Source of the DNA: an uncultured Dehalococcoidaceae bacterium
Lineage (GTDB): Bacteria > Chloroflexota > Dehalococcoidia > Dehalococcoidales > RBG-16-60-22
Assembly: GCA_964584575.1 (NCBI GenBank)
Contig: CAZPAS010000001.1
Location: 1-56,310, forward strand
Reading direction: 5' to 3'
Length of the DNA: 56,310 nt
The notes beneath the pieces are model-generated. The model saw nothing but the letters and a program-made list of their open reading frames with translations. It was not told where the DNA came from and searched no databases. Within the stretch, counting starts at the first letter, position 1, and every line of letters starts with the position of its first letter. Both the position numbers and the translations under genes were made by a program. Shown here in pieces: positions 18,558-27,543 of this stretch.

Positions 18558-20405
18558 TTACGGCCAGAGTACCTTTGCCACGTCGTCCAGACCGAGTTCC
18601 AGCAGCTTTTTCTTGCTGGGTTTGCCGGTCCTGGTATCCCAGCCCCTCTCCTGGTAGTACTCGTTGAAGAGGTCGTCCGCGTTCAGAGTTATCCCGGCGC
18701 GCGGGCCTACTTCCTTGGGGGGTTTGCCCATCATCCTGTCCGGGAACTTCCACGGAGTCGCCAGCCCCTCGCGGATATTGAAAGCCTGCCGCATGGTATC
18801 GATGCGCTCGCCGGTTTTCTGGATTTCCTCTTTGGTGATATCCCAGCCGGTGATGGTCTGCAGGGCTTCGACAAACTGGTCGTAATTACCGTAACCGTCG
18901 CCGATGACTATCATGCAGACTCCGGCGGCGTTATAAGCCACGGTGATATTGGAGCCGATCAGGTGAGGCTTACCGCGTCCCTTCAGGGACATCGGGTCAT
19001 ACTCCGGCATCGCTCCCGCCGGAAGCGGGCCTTCTCCGCCCTGGGTATGCCTGGCGGGAGTCGGTTCCGCGCCGTAGCCGATAGCAAACTGGGGGCCGCC
19101 CCGCGAGTCATGCGCCGGAACTTCCTGTCCGCCGATGTGCATGGCGTATTTCTCGGAGCCCTTGCCGACTCTCTCGGCGGCTTTCTTGACACCGTCGGCG
19201 ATGACAGCGCCGAAGCCTTCGCGTTTAGCCAGCTTCTCCGTCATAGCCACGATAGACTTGTGATTGCCCCAGTTCATTTCGATACCATCGGTGTCCTGCT
19301 TGGTGAGAAGTCCGTTTTCGTAGCACTCGATGGTGAAGGCGATGCAGGCACCGGTCGAGATTGTATCCAGTCCGTACCGATTGCAGATATCATTGATTTT
19401 GATTATGGAAGGCAGGTTGTTGTTCAGGCAGTTAACACCGAACATCGCCAGTGTCTCGTATTCGGGCTTATGGGCTTCGGCGCTGTACTTATATTCACCG
19501 GTGCCCTCCTTCATGATTCCGCCACAGGCAATGGGACAGTGCCAGCAGCCATAGCCTCTCTGCTGCTGCGGTTCGACGTTTTCAGCGCCGATGTCTTTAA
19601 AGCTAGGAAAGTCGATGACCGCCACTCCAGCCCAGTTCTTGCAGGGCGCGTCATCTCCCTCGCAGCACATGTTAAAGAGAAACGGCGTGCCGAACTTCCT
19701 CATGAAAGGTACGTTCGGACCCATGTTTGCCAGGTGGTTCTTTCTCATCGCGGCTGACTTCTCGGGGTCGGCAACGGGTACTTTCATGTTGCCTTTCACC
19801 GCGATTGCCTTGATTTTCTTGGAACCCATGACGGCGCCCAGTCCGGAGCGACCGGCGGCGCGTCCCTTGTTATTCATTATTGCGGAGACGAGTGACATCT
19901 TCTCGCCGGAAGGGCCGATACAGGCAACTTCCAGGTCTTTGCCATGAGCTTCCCGGAGTATATCCTGTACCTCGAAGGTGTCCTTGCCCCAGATACCGGA
20001 GGCGTCCTTGAGCTCCGCCTTGCCGTTATCTATCAAAAGATAGACAGGCTTGTCCGCTATACCGGTGAAAAATACCGCATCGTAGCCGGCGAATTTCAGG
20101 AACGGGCCGACATTGCCGCCGGAATTGGCGTCACCCCATCCACCCGTTAGCGGTGATTTCCCCACCATGATGTACCGTGAGCCTCCCATAGCATCCGTGC
20201 CGGTGAGAACGCCGGTGGTCATGCCCAGGATAGCGTCCGGCCCCAGGGGGTCGACGCCGGCTTTCTGCCGACTGAACAGTATCCTGGCTCCCAGGCCGTA
20301 ACCTCCCAGGAAATCCCTGCCCATTTTCTCGTCAAGCGGTTCGTCCTTGAGTTCTTTTTTGGGAAGATCTACCCACAAAATCTTTCCCATAAAGCCATGT
20401 GCCAT
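18558..20405 (-). CDS. aor: Aldehyde:ferredoxin oxidoreductase (tungstopterin AOR family), paralogue 1
   Basis: N-terminus GKILWVDL...; [4Fe-4S] motif CWHCPIACGG (CX2CX3C); CNRYGLDTIS; length 615 aa; AAGGAGG Shine-Dalgarno. Confidence 0.9.
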   Translation of the reverse strand: MAHGFMGKILWVDLPKKELKDEPLDEKMGRDFLGGYGLGARILFSRQKAGVDPLGPDAILGMTTGVLTGTDAMGGSRYIMVGKSPLTGGWGDANSGGNVGPFLKFAGYDAVFFTGIADKPVYLLIDNGKAELKDASGIWGKDTFEVQDILREAHGKDLEVACIGPSGEKMSLVSAIMNNKGRAAGRSGLGAVMGSKKIKAIAVKGNMKVPVADPEKSAAMRKNHLANMGPNVPFMRKFGTPFLFNMCCEGDDAPCKNWAGVAVIDFPSFKDIGAENVEPQQQRGYGCWHCPIACGGIMKEGTGEYKYSAEAHKPEYETLAMFGVNCLNNNLPSIIKINDICNRYGLDTISTGACIAFTIECYENGLLTKQDTDGIEMNWGNHKSIVAMTEKLAKREGFGAVIADGVKKAAERVGKGSEKYAMHIGGQEVPAHDSRGGPQFAIGYGAEPTPARHTQGGEGPLPAGAMPEYDPMSLKGRGKPHLIGSNITVAYNAAGVCMIVIGDGYGNYDQFVEALQTITGWDITKEEIQKTGERIDTMRQAFNIREGLATPWKFPDRMMGKPPKEVGPRAGITLNADDLFNEYYQERGWDTRTGKPSKKKLLELGLDDVAKVLWP

Positions 20406-20484
20406 GCTTTACCTCCTTGCATTTTTTGCTGAAATATTTATTGGACTGAATTCGTCCGAAGCTGTTGGCCTATTCCGTTTAAGA

Positions 20485-20513
20485 ATATTACACTGCTTCA
20501 ATATTATTGTCAA
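20485..20513 (-). promoter_or_regulatory. Sigma70-like promoter candidate for AOR paralogue 1 (TTGACA-17-TAATAT)
   Basis: On the minus strand, TTGACA (20508-20513) and TAATAT (20485-20490) are separated by exactly 17 nt. Confidence 0.45.
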
Positions 20514-20538
20514 ACATTCTATTAAAACGCGACAAAAA

Positions 20539-20567
20539 TTGACGTTAATCTTTCTGGGATGTAAAAT
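20539..20567 (+). promoter_or_regulatory. Sigma70-like promoter candidate for the CoA-transferase/OFOR/AOR operon (TTGACG-17-TAAAAT)
   Basis: TTGACG at 20539-20544 and TAAAAT at 20562-20567 with a 17-nt spacer; it lies 39 nt upstream of the GTG start at 20606 and back-to-back with the minus-strand promoter candidate. Confidence 0.45.
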
Positions 20568-20605
20568 CAGTCTCAGTTGCACTTATCCTGCTTTCAGAGT
20601 TTATA

Positions 20606-21319
20606 GTGACGTTAAACAAGATAATCAACAGCTGTAATGAAGCCGTAGCCGATATTTTCGACGGTGCCGTCGTCATGATAGGCGGCTTCGGCTCTTACGG
20701 AGGCCTCCCCATTAACCTCATCGTTGCCCTGTCTCAACAGGGCGCCAGTGACCTTACCCTCATCGCCAACATGGGAGGAGTCGGCTACGAACTCTCCCAC
20801 CTCATCAAGCCGGGCGGCTACCAGGACTCCGGTATCCTCTTCGAGAACGGGCAGGTCAAGAAGTTCATCGGGTCGGTACCCGCCCTCGGCGGCATGCCCC
20901 CCACCTCTCCCCTCGAGAAAGCGTTTAACGAAGGCAAGATTGAGATAGAGATGGTGCCGCAGGGCACACTGGCGGAGAGGATACGGTGCGGGGCGGGTAA
21001 TCTGGGAGGTTTCTACACCCCGGTGGGAGTGGGCACCACCGTCGAGGAAGGCAAGGAGAAAAAGGTCATCAACGGCCGGGAGTATATCCTGGAAATGCCC
21101 CTTACCGCCGACTTCGCCCTGATTAAGGCGCATAAGGCCGACGAACTGGGAAACCTGGTATACCGGCAAACGGCACGGTGCTTCAATCCGGTCATGGCTA
21201 TGGCGGCAAAGGTCACCATCGTCGAAGTTGATGAAATCGTGCCGGTAGGCCAATTAGACCCCGAGGTAATCGTCACACCCCATGTATACGTGGACCGCAT
21301 CGTGGAGGCACAGGTATGA
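20606..21319 (+). CDS. 3-oxoacid/acetate CoA-transferase subunit A
   Basis: GTG start. Motifs are AVVMIGGFG, VPQGTLAERIR and GNLVY. Confidence 0.9.
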   Translation: MTLNKIINSCNEAVADIFDGAVVMIGGFGSYGGLPINLIVALSQQGASDLTLIANMGGVGYELSHLIKPGGYQDSGILFENGQVKKFIGSVPALGGMPPTSPLEKAFNEGKIEIEMVPQGTLAERIRCGAGNLGGFYTPVGVGTTVEEGKEKKVINGREYILEMPLTADFALIKAHKADELGNLVYRQTARCFNPVMAMAAKVTIVEVDEIVPVGQLDPEVIVTPHVYVDRIVEAQV

Positions 21320-21978
21320 AAGCCCGCCTGGACGAGCAGACGATTGCCCTGAGAGCCGCCCGGGAGTTCGCCGACGGCGCGGTGGTCAACCTGGGCTACG
21401 GCATGCCCGGACTCTGCGCTAACCTCATTCCCGGCGATAAAACAGTGTTTTTCCAGAGCGAGAACGGTATGCTGGGCTACGGCAGCCTGGCAACCGACGA
21501 GCAAAAGGACTATGAACTGATTAATGCCTCCGACCAGCCGGTAACACCGCTGCCCGGCATGTGCTTCTTCGACAGCGCGGCGGCGTTCGACATGATAAGG
21601 GGCGGTCATATAGATATCGTGGTGCTGGGGGCATACCAGGTCTCGGAGAAAGGCGACCTCGCCAACTGGGGGAGGCCCGGAAGGCCCGCCACCGGCATGG
21701 GAGGCGGCATGGACCTGGCCATTGGTGCCGGAAAAATAATCGTCACCATGCTGCATACGACTAAAGACGGGGAACCGCGTATCGTTAAAGAGTGCACGTA
21801 TCCCCTCACCGCCCGTAATTGCGTCGACCTGATTATCACCGACGTCGCGGTCATGGAAGTGACGGATAACGGACTCGTTCTCAAGGAGACAGCCCCCGGC
21901 TGGACGGTTCCGGAAGTACAGGCGCTCACCGGGGCGGAAATTAAACCCGCTGCAGACCTCAAGGAAATTGAGCTCTAG
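21316..21978 (+). CDS. 3-oxoacid/acetate CoA-transferase subunit B
   Basis: ATGA overlap with subunit A. Catalytic-Glu motif is FQSENGMLG; also MGGGMDL. Confidence 0.9.
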   Translation: MKARLDEQTIALRAAREFADGAVVNLGYGMPGLCANLIPGDKTVFFQSENGMLGYGSLATDEQKDYELINASDQPVTPLPGMCFFDSAAAFDMIRGGHIDIVVLGAYQVSEKGDLANWGRPGRPATGMGGGMDLAIGAGKIIVTMLHTTKDGEPRIVKECTYPLTARNCVDLIITDVAVMEVTDNGLVLKETAPGWTVPEVQALTGAEIKPAADLKEIEL

Positions 21979-21998
21979 CTAAATGTCAGGAGACTCAC

Positions 21999-22673
21999 AT
22001 GGAAGTTACCGTCCCCGCAGAACCCGAGCCGATTAAGCTGGATACCGATAGAACGGCTTTAGTAGTCGTCGACATGCAGAACTCTTTTTGTAAAAAGGGC
22101 GGTATGATGGACTACTGGGGGAAGCTAGACGAAACGATGTCCGAAAGTATTGTTGAAACGGACCGGAAAGTCATTGAAGCGTGCCGAGGGAAGGGTATCA
22201 GGGTCGTCTACCTGCAGATGACCTATGGACTGGATTCAGATGCCGGTCTCGGACCGGCATCGCCGTTTTACTGGAAGGAAAAAGGGCTTGGTGCCGAACG
22301 CCGGAACCCGGAACTGGCAGGAAAGTTCCTCACCGAGGGAACGTGGGACTGGGCAATCGTCGATGAACTTACTCCCGCAGCGGATGATATCGTCGTCAAC
22401 AAGAGCCGTTACAGCGGTTTCGTCAGAACGGAACTCGATGACGTTTTAAAGAAAAACAACGTGAAATACCTCGTATTCATCGGCCTGTTTACCAACGTCT
22501 GTGTGGAATCGACCCTCCGTGATGCCTTCTTCCACGATTATTTCCCCCTGCTGGTCAGCGACGCCTGCGGCAACACCGGGCCAGATTTCGTACAGGATGC
22601 CACCATCTGGAACATTCAATCGGTCTTCGGGTGGGTAACCACCGCCGCCGATTTGATAAATTCCCTGAAATAG
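21999..22673 (+). CDS. Isochorismatase-family cysteine hydrolase
   Basis: ALVVVDMQNSF (Asp), a conserved Lys region, and FTNVCVESTLRDA (nucleophilic Cys). Confidence 0.85.
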   Translation: MEVTVPAEPEPIKLDTDRTALVVVDMQNSFCKKGGMMDYWGKLDETMSESIVETDRKVIEACRGKGIRVVYLQMTYGLDSDAGLGPASPFYWKEKGLGAERRNPELAGKFLTEGTWDWAIVDELTPAADDIVVNKSRYSGFVRTELDDVLKKNNVKYLVFIGLFTNVCVESTLRDAFFHDYFPLLVSDACGNTGPDFVQDATIWNIQSVFGWVTTAADLINSLK

Positions 22674-22717
22674 ACTATAAATTCTAATATCCACATAATT
22701 ACGCATAGGAGGCAGAC

Positions 22718-23485
22718 ATGTCACCGGCACTCAAAGACAAGGTAGCCATCATCACCGGGGCGGGACGCGGACTCGGTAAGGCATTCGCCCTGCGGTATGC
22801 GGAGGAAGGGGCAAAACTGCTTCTCCCCGATATCAGCCTGGAACGCGCCGAGGGCACGGTAAAGGAAATCAAGGCGAAAGGCGGCGAAGCCGCCGCGATA
22901 ATGACCGATATCTCCGAGGAAGAAGGCACGCGGAAGATGGCGGAGGAGGTCATGCGGCTTTACGGCAGGGTGGATATCCTGCTCAATAACGCCGCCCTGT
23001 ACTACGGGGTGGGGCGTCGCGAGTGGGACGCCTGGGAGGTGAAGGACTGGGACCGCCTGTTCGAGGTGAACGTCCGCGGGACGTATCTCTGCTGCAAGGC
23101 AATCGGCCCTCTCATGGAAAAGCAGGGCAGCGGGAAAATAATCAATATCGCCTCGGACGTTTTTAAATTGCCCGGCGCCGTCAACCTGCTGGCTTACGCC
23201 TGCAGCAAGGCAGCCGTTTACGCACTGACGCAGGCGCTGGCGCGCGCCCTGGGTCCCTCCGGTATCAACGTCAACTGCATCGGGCCCGGATTCACGGCAA
23301 CCGAGGCCAGCCTGGGACAGGACGGCAATCAAGCCGCCTTCGACGCAACTATCGATATGCAGTGCCTCAAGCGCCGCGAGGAACCCAACGACCTCGTCGG
23401 TACGGCCGTATTCCTGGCTTCGGCGGACTCGGACTTCATCACGGGCCATTACATCGTCGTCAACGGAGGCAGCGTGCTGTTATGA
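22718..23485 (+). CDS. Short-chain dehydrogenase/reductase (SDR)
   Basis: TGAGRGLG (TGxxxGxG), NNAA and YACSKAA (YxxxK). Confidence 0.9.
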   Translation: MSPALKDKVAIITGAGRGLGKAFALRYAEEGAKLLLPDISLERAEGTVKEIKAKGGEAAAIMTDISEEEGTRKMAEEVMRLYGRVDILLNNAALYYGVGRREWDAWEVKDWDRLFEVNVRGTYLCCKAIGPLMEKQGSGKIINIASDVFKLPGAVNLLAYACSKAAVYALTQALARALGPSGINVNCIGPGFTATEASLGQDGNQAAFDATIDMQCLKRREEPNDLVGTAVFLASADSDFITGHYIVVNGGSVLL

Positions 23486-23511
23486 TTATTATCTGGAAGG
23501 AGAAATAGCCT

Positions 23512-24708
23512 ATGAAAGCACAAAAAGGTCAGGTTAGAGTAATTACCGGCAACGGCTCCGCAGCGTATGCGGCTATGCTCTGCCGACCGGATGTCGTGAC
23601 TTCATATCCCATTACACCGATGAGCGAGGTGGCGGAGCAGCTCTCCGCGTTCCACGCCGACGGCATTCTTGATGCCGAGATGGTCGAAGTCGAAGGAGAA
23701 AACTCGGCGATGAACGTTGTCGCTGCCGCCAGCGCTTCCGGCGGCAGGACTTTCACCGCCACCTCTTCCTGGGGCCTGTCCTTCATGTACGATGCCGTCC
23801 AGCATGCTGCCGGCTTCAGGGTCCCGGTGGTAATGGCTATCGCCAACCGCGAAAGCCCCGGCATACTGGCCGTCTCCGGCGGCCAGCAGGACATCATCAG
23901 CGTCAGGGATGCCGGCTGGATTCAGATAATCGTTGAAGACGGTCAGGAAATATTTGACACTATTATCATGGCTTTCCGGCTGGCGGAAGACTACGATATC
24001 CAGCTTCCGGTGATGGTAAACTACGATGGATTCTATGTCTCCTATCTGGCACAGGCCGTGGAAATCGCCGCCCAGGAAGACGTTGACCGGTTCCTGGAGC
24101 CTCTCAAGCAGCAACCGCAGCGTCTGAAGTTGACTCCGGGGAAACCCCTCGGCTTCGGCACCCACGGCATCGAAGTCGGCTTCGTTGAACTGCGCTATAA
24201 ACAATGTGCCGCGTTGCAGCGGGCAACCACCAAGCTGGACGAGATAGACAAGGAGTTCGGCGATTATTTCGGGCGGAGCTACGGCGGCCAGATAGACGAA
24301 TACCGCACCGAGGATGCCGAGATTATAGTAGTAGCCTCCGGCGGCGCCGCCGGAACGGCAAGGGCAGTGGTTGATGATAAAAGAAACGAAGGAATAAAAG
24401 TAGGCCTGGTCAAGATAAGGCTTTTCCGCCCCTTCCCCCGCCGGCGCCTTACCGAAGTCCTGAAAGGGAGGAAGGCTATCGGAGTAATCGACCGCAGCGT
24501 CTGCTTCGGCTGGAACTGCGGACCGATGTATACGGAATTAAGGGCGCTGACGCCGGAAATCGGTATTATGCCCATGTTGAGCTATATCGACGGACTGGCC
24601 AATCTCGATATCACCCGACCGCATATCGAAAAAGTCATCGATGATACTTATGCCGCCGCGAGCGGTAAACCCTACCAGGAAGTAACCTGGATACCTTTGG
24701 AAGAGTGA
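23512..24708 (+). CDS. 2-oxoacid:ferredoxin oxidoreductase alpha subunit (PorA/VorA-like, domains I-II only)
   Basis: ITGNGSAAYAAMLCRPDVVTSYPITPMSE is a typical N-terminus. The 398-aa length matches four-subunit-type alpha, not the fused gamma-alpha type. Confidence 0.85.
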   Translation: MKAQKGQVRVITGNGSAAYAAMLCRPDVVTSYPITPMSEVAEQLSAFHADGILDAEMVEVEGENSAMNVVAAASASGGRTFTATSSWGLSFMYDAVQHAAGFRVPVVMAIANRESPGILAVSGGQQDIISVRDAGWIQIIVEDGQEIFDTIIMAFRLAEDYDIQLPVMVNYDGFYVSYLAQAVEIAAQEDVDRFLEPLKQQPQRLKLTPGKPLGFGTHGIEVGFVELRYKQCAALQRATTKLDEIDKEFGDYFGRSYGGQIDEYRTEDAEIIVVASGGAAGTARAVVDDKRNEGIKVGLVKIRLFRPFPRRRLTEVLKGRKAIGVIDRSVCFGWNCGPMYTELRALTPEIGIMPMLSYIDGLANLDITRPHIEKVIDDTYAAASGKPYQEVTWIPLEE

Positions 24709-24715
24709 GGTAAAA

Positions 24716-25642
24716 ATGGCACAGCAGGAAAAGAAAAAATCAAGAGTATTCGATTATTTCGTTGAAAAAGAGGAGCAGTATGCGGGAGGAGTTGCCTGGT
24801 GTCCCGGCTGTACGCTGGAACTTACCGCCAGGTTCGTCCCCAAAGTCCTGGGCAAGGACATGGTGCTGGTCGGCTGCCCCGGTTGTTCAGCGCCCGTTTT
24901 CTACGGGCAGAACGTGGGGAGCTGGCATCACCTGGCTTATTACAGCTGCCTGATGACGGGGGTCGCTTCCAGCGCCACCGGCATCGCAAGGTATTTCCGT
25001 AAGATAGGGAAAGATGTCACCGTAGTGTGCTTCACCGGCGACGGCTGCGCCGCCGACGTCGGCTTCCAGCCGCTTAGCGGTGCCGCGGAAAGAAACGAGA
25101 ATATAATCTACATCTGCTATGACAACGAGGGGTACATGAACACCGGCTACCAGAGAAGCAGCACCACGCCTCTGGGCGCTTCCACCAGCACGACCCCGGC
25201 GGGCGTTTCCAGCAAGGGCAAGCCGACACCGGCCAAGGACATGCCCCTTATCATGGCTTTACATGGTGCCGCCTACGTGGCTACCGCCACGTTGAGTCAT
25301 CTGGAGGACTTCGCCAAGAAGCTGCTCAAGGCGAAGGAAAAGAAAAACGAAGGCTTCGTTTATCTGCACGTGTTTTCTCCCTGCAACATGGGCTGGCGAA
25401 TCGCAAGCAATCAATCGATACAGGTGTGCCGTACGGCCGTAAGGACCAACTACTTCCCGCTGTGGGAAGCCGAAAACGGCAAGTACCGCCTCACCCACGA
25501 AACGGCAAATCCCCGCCCTATCCGGGAATTTACCGGGCTGATGCGCAAGTTCGCCCACCTGAAAGAGGACGATTTAAACAGGCTGCAACAAACGGTAGAT
25601 ACAAGGTACGCATTCATCAAGGCTCTTTGCGCCATCGCATAA
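24716..25642 (+). CDS. 2-oxoacid:ferredoxin oxidoreductase beta subunit (TPP-binding)
   Basis: WCPGCTLE and GCPGC cysteines; TPP motif GDGCAADVGF...YDNEGYMNTG. Confidence 0.85.
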   Translation: MAQQEKKKSRVFDYFVEKEEQYAGGVAWCPGCTLELTARFVPKVLGKDMVLVGCPGCSAPVFYGQNVGSWHHLAYYSCLMTGVASSATGIARYFRKIGKDVTVVCFTGDGCAADVGFQPLSGAAERNENIIYICYDNEGYMNTGYQRSSTTPLGASTSTTPAGVSSKGKPTPAKDMPLIMALHGAAYVATATLSHLEDFAKKLLKAKEKKNEGFVYLHVFSPCNMGWRIASNQSIQVCRTAVRTNYFPLWEAENGKYRLTHETANPRPIREFTGLMRKFAHLKEDDLNRLQQTVDTRYAFIKALCAIA

Positions 25643-25672
25643 CTGAATGAAATCCGTAAAGGAGGCAATCAG

Positions 25673-27526
25673 ATGTATAAAGGCGGGTACGCTGGAAAAA
25701 TATTAAGGATTGACCTGAGCGGGCAGTCGTTCAAGGAAGAAAAGCTGCCGGAAGCAATAGTCAAAAATTACCTGGGCGGCGCCGGGTTCGCCATCAAATA
25801 CCTCTACGACGAACTGAAACCGGGCACAAACGCCCTGGACGAAGCCAACAAGCTCATCTTCGCGGTGGGACCTCTGACGGCAACCGGAGCCAGCTGCGCC
25901 AGCCGGATGGCGGTAGTCGCCAAGTCGCCGCTGACGGGCGCGGTCGGCATGGCCCTCTCCGGGGGGCAGTTCCCCGCCGAGATGAAGATGGCCGGCTATG
26001 ACATGATAATCATCGAAGGCAAGGCGAAAAAACCGACCTATATAAGCATCAAGGACGGCAACGTACGCTTCAGGAGCGCGGAGAAACTGTCCGGCATGCA
26101 GACTACCGATACGCAACTCATCATCAAGGACGAACTGGGCGACCAGAACTACCGGATAGCCTGCATCGGCCCTGCGGGCGAGCAACTGGTGCCGATGGCA
26201 TGCATCGTCAATGAGCGCCGCGCGGCGGGTCGCAAGGGACTGGGGGCGGTGATGGGTTCCAAGAACCTGAAAGCCATCGCCATACGCGGCACGAAGAAAC
26301 CGGCTATATTTAACGCCGAGGCATTCAAGAAGGCACGCCAGTCGATGAACAAAGCCATGAAGGACAGCCCCGTACTCTATCCGCAGTTTTCAAAATCAGG
26401 TACGCCGATGGTCGTGGACGCGACCTCGGCAATGGGCATCTATCCCATCAAAAACTGGTCGGCTACCGGTGAAATCGACATGGTCAAGGGACTCGGTGAT
26501 GAAGCCCAGGCCAAGATGATTGTTCATAAAGCCCACTGCAACGATTGCCCGGTTGGGTGCAGCCAGATAAAACTGGTCACGTCGGGGCCTTACGCGGGCT
26601 ACATGAGTGAGGGGCCCGAATACGAGACGACGTACTCGCTGGGGAGCACGCTGGGAATAGACTACCTGCCGGCGGTCATTGCCGCCGACAGGGTGTGCGA
26701 CGAATACGGACTGGATACCATGTCCTCCGGCGTGGCAATCGGCTTTGCCATGGAACTATACGAAAAAGGGATACTCACCAGGAAGGACACCGACGGGCTG
26801 GAGTTGAAGTTCGGCAACCACGGCATCCTGCTGGAGATGCTGCGGAAGATTACATACCGGGAGGGGCTGGGAGATATACTGTGCCAGGGTACCAGGAAAG
26901 CAGCCGAGATAATCGGCAAGGGCTCCGAGGCATATGCCATGCATGTCAAGGGATTGGAGCTGCCTGCCTACGACGTGCGCGGAGCCAAGGCGCACGGCCT
27001 GAACTACGCTACCGCTTATACGGGCGCCGACCATAACCGGGGCTACGCCTTCCAGGAGATATTCGATATTCCGGTGCCGGAGCAGGTGGACAGGATGGCA
27101 ACTAAAGGCAAGGGCAAGCTGACCAAGTGGAACCAGGACGTGCGCTGCGTTACCTGCGACTGTGCTACGATGTGCGCTTTCCTGCTCGACATGGCGGTAC
27201 CGGGCATAGCCTGCCAGAATACCGCAGATATGGTTAACGCCGTCGCCGGTACCGACTTTACCCCGGAGGAAATCGAAAAAATAGGCGAGCGGATAAACAA
27301 CGTGGCGCGTCTTTTCAACGCGGGTGAAGGGTTCAGCCGGAAAGACGATACGTTCCCCAGGCGCCTGATGACGGAGGCTATCAAGGAGGGTGCTTCCAAA
27401 GGGCAGCTCATCAGTCAGGCGGACCTTGACGAGATGCTGGACGAATACTATGCCGAGCGCGGCTGGGATAAAGAAGGTAATCCCACGCCAGCCAAGCTCA
27501 AGGAACTGGGGATTAAAACAAGCTAA
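25673..27526 (+). CDS. aor: Aldehyde:ferredoxin oxidoreductase family protein, paralogue 2
   Basis: GKILRIDL...; CNDCPVGCS (CX2CX3C); CDEYGLDTMS; 617 aa; AAAGGAGG Shine-Dalgarno. Confidence 0.9.
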   Translation: MYKGGYAGKILRIDLSGQSFKEEKLPEAIVKNYLGGAGFAIKYLYDELKPGTNALDEANKLIFAVGPLTATGASCASRMAVVAKSPLTGAVGMALSGGQFPAEMKMAGYDMIIIEGKAKKPTYISIKDGNVRFRSAEKLSGMQTTDTQLIIKDELGDQNYRIACIGPAGEQLVPMACIVNERRAAGRKGLGAVMGSKNLKAIAIRGTKKPAIFNAEAFKKARQSMNKAMKDSPVLYPQFSKSGTPMVVDATSAMGIYPIKNWSATGEIDMVKGLGDEAQAKMIVHKAHCNDCPVGCSQIKLVTSGPYAGYMSEGPEYETTYSLGSTLGIDYLPAVIAADRVCDEYGLDTMSSGVAIGFAMELYEKGILTRKDTDGLELKFGNHGILLEMLRKITYREGLGDILCQGTRKAAEIIGKGSEAYAMHVKGLELPAYDVRGAKAHGLNYATAYTGADHNRGYAFQEIFDIPVPEQVDRMATKGKGKLTKWNQDVRCVTCDCATMCAFLLDMAVPGIACQNTADMVNAVAGTDFTPEEIEKIGERINNVARLFNAGEGFSRKDDTFPRRLMTEAIKEGASKGQLISQADLDEMLDEYYAERGWDKEGNPTPAKLKELGIKTS

Positions 27527-27543
27527 TAGAGGGAGCAGAGTGA

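Noticed and set aside
20406-20484. Moco/Tuco riboswitch in the leader of AOR paralogue 1 or ahead of the AOR operon.
   Set aside because: The predicted leaders are only about 70 and 40 nt long, and they lack the long multi-stem architecture expected for the moaA-motif RNA. A covariance-model search would still be the decisive test.
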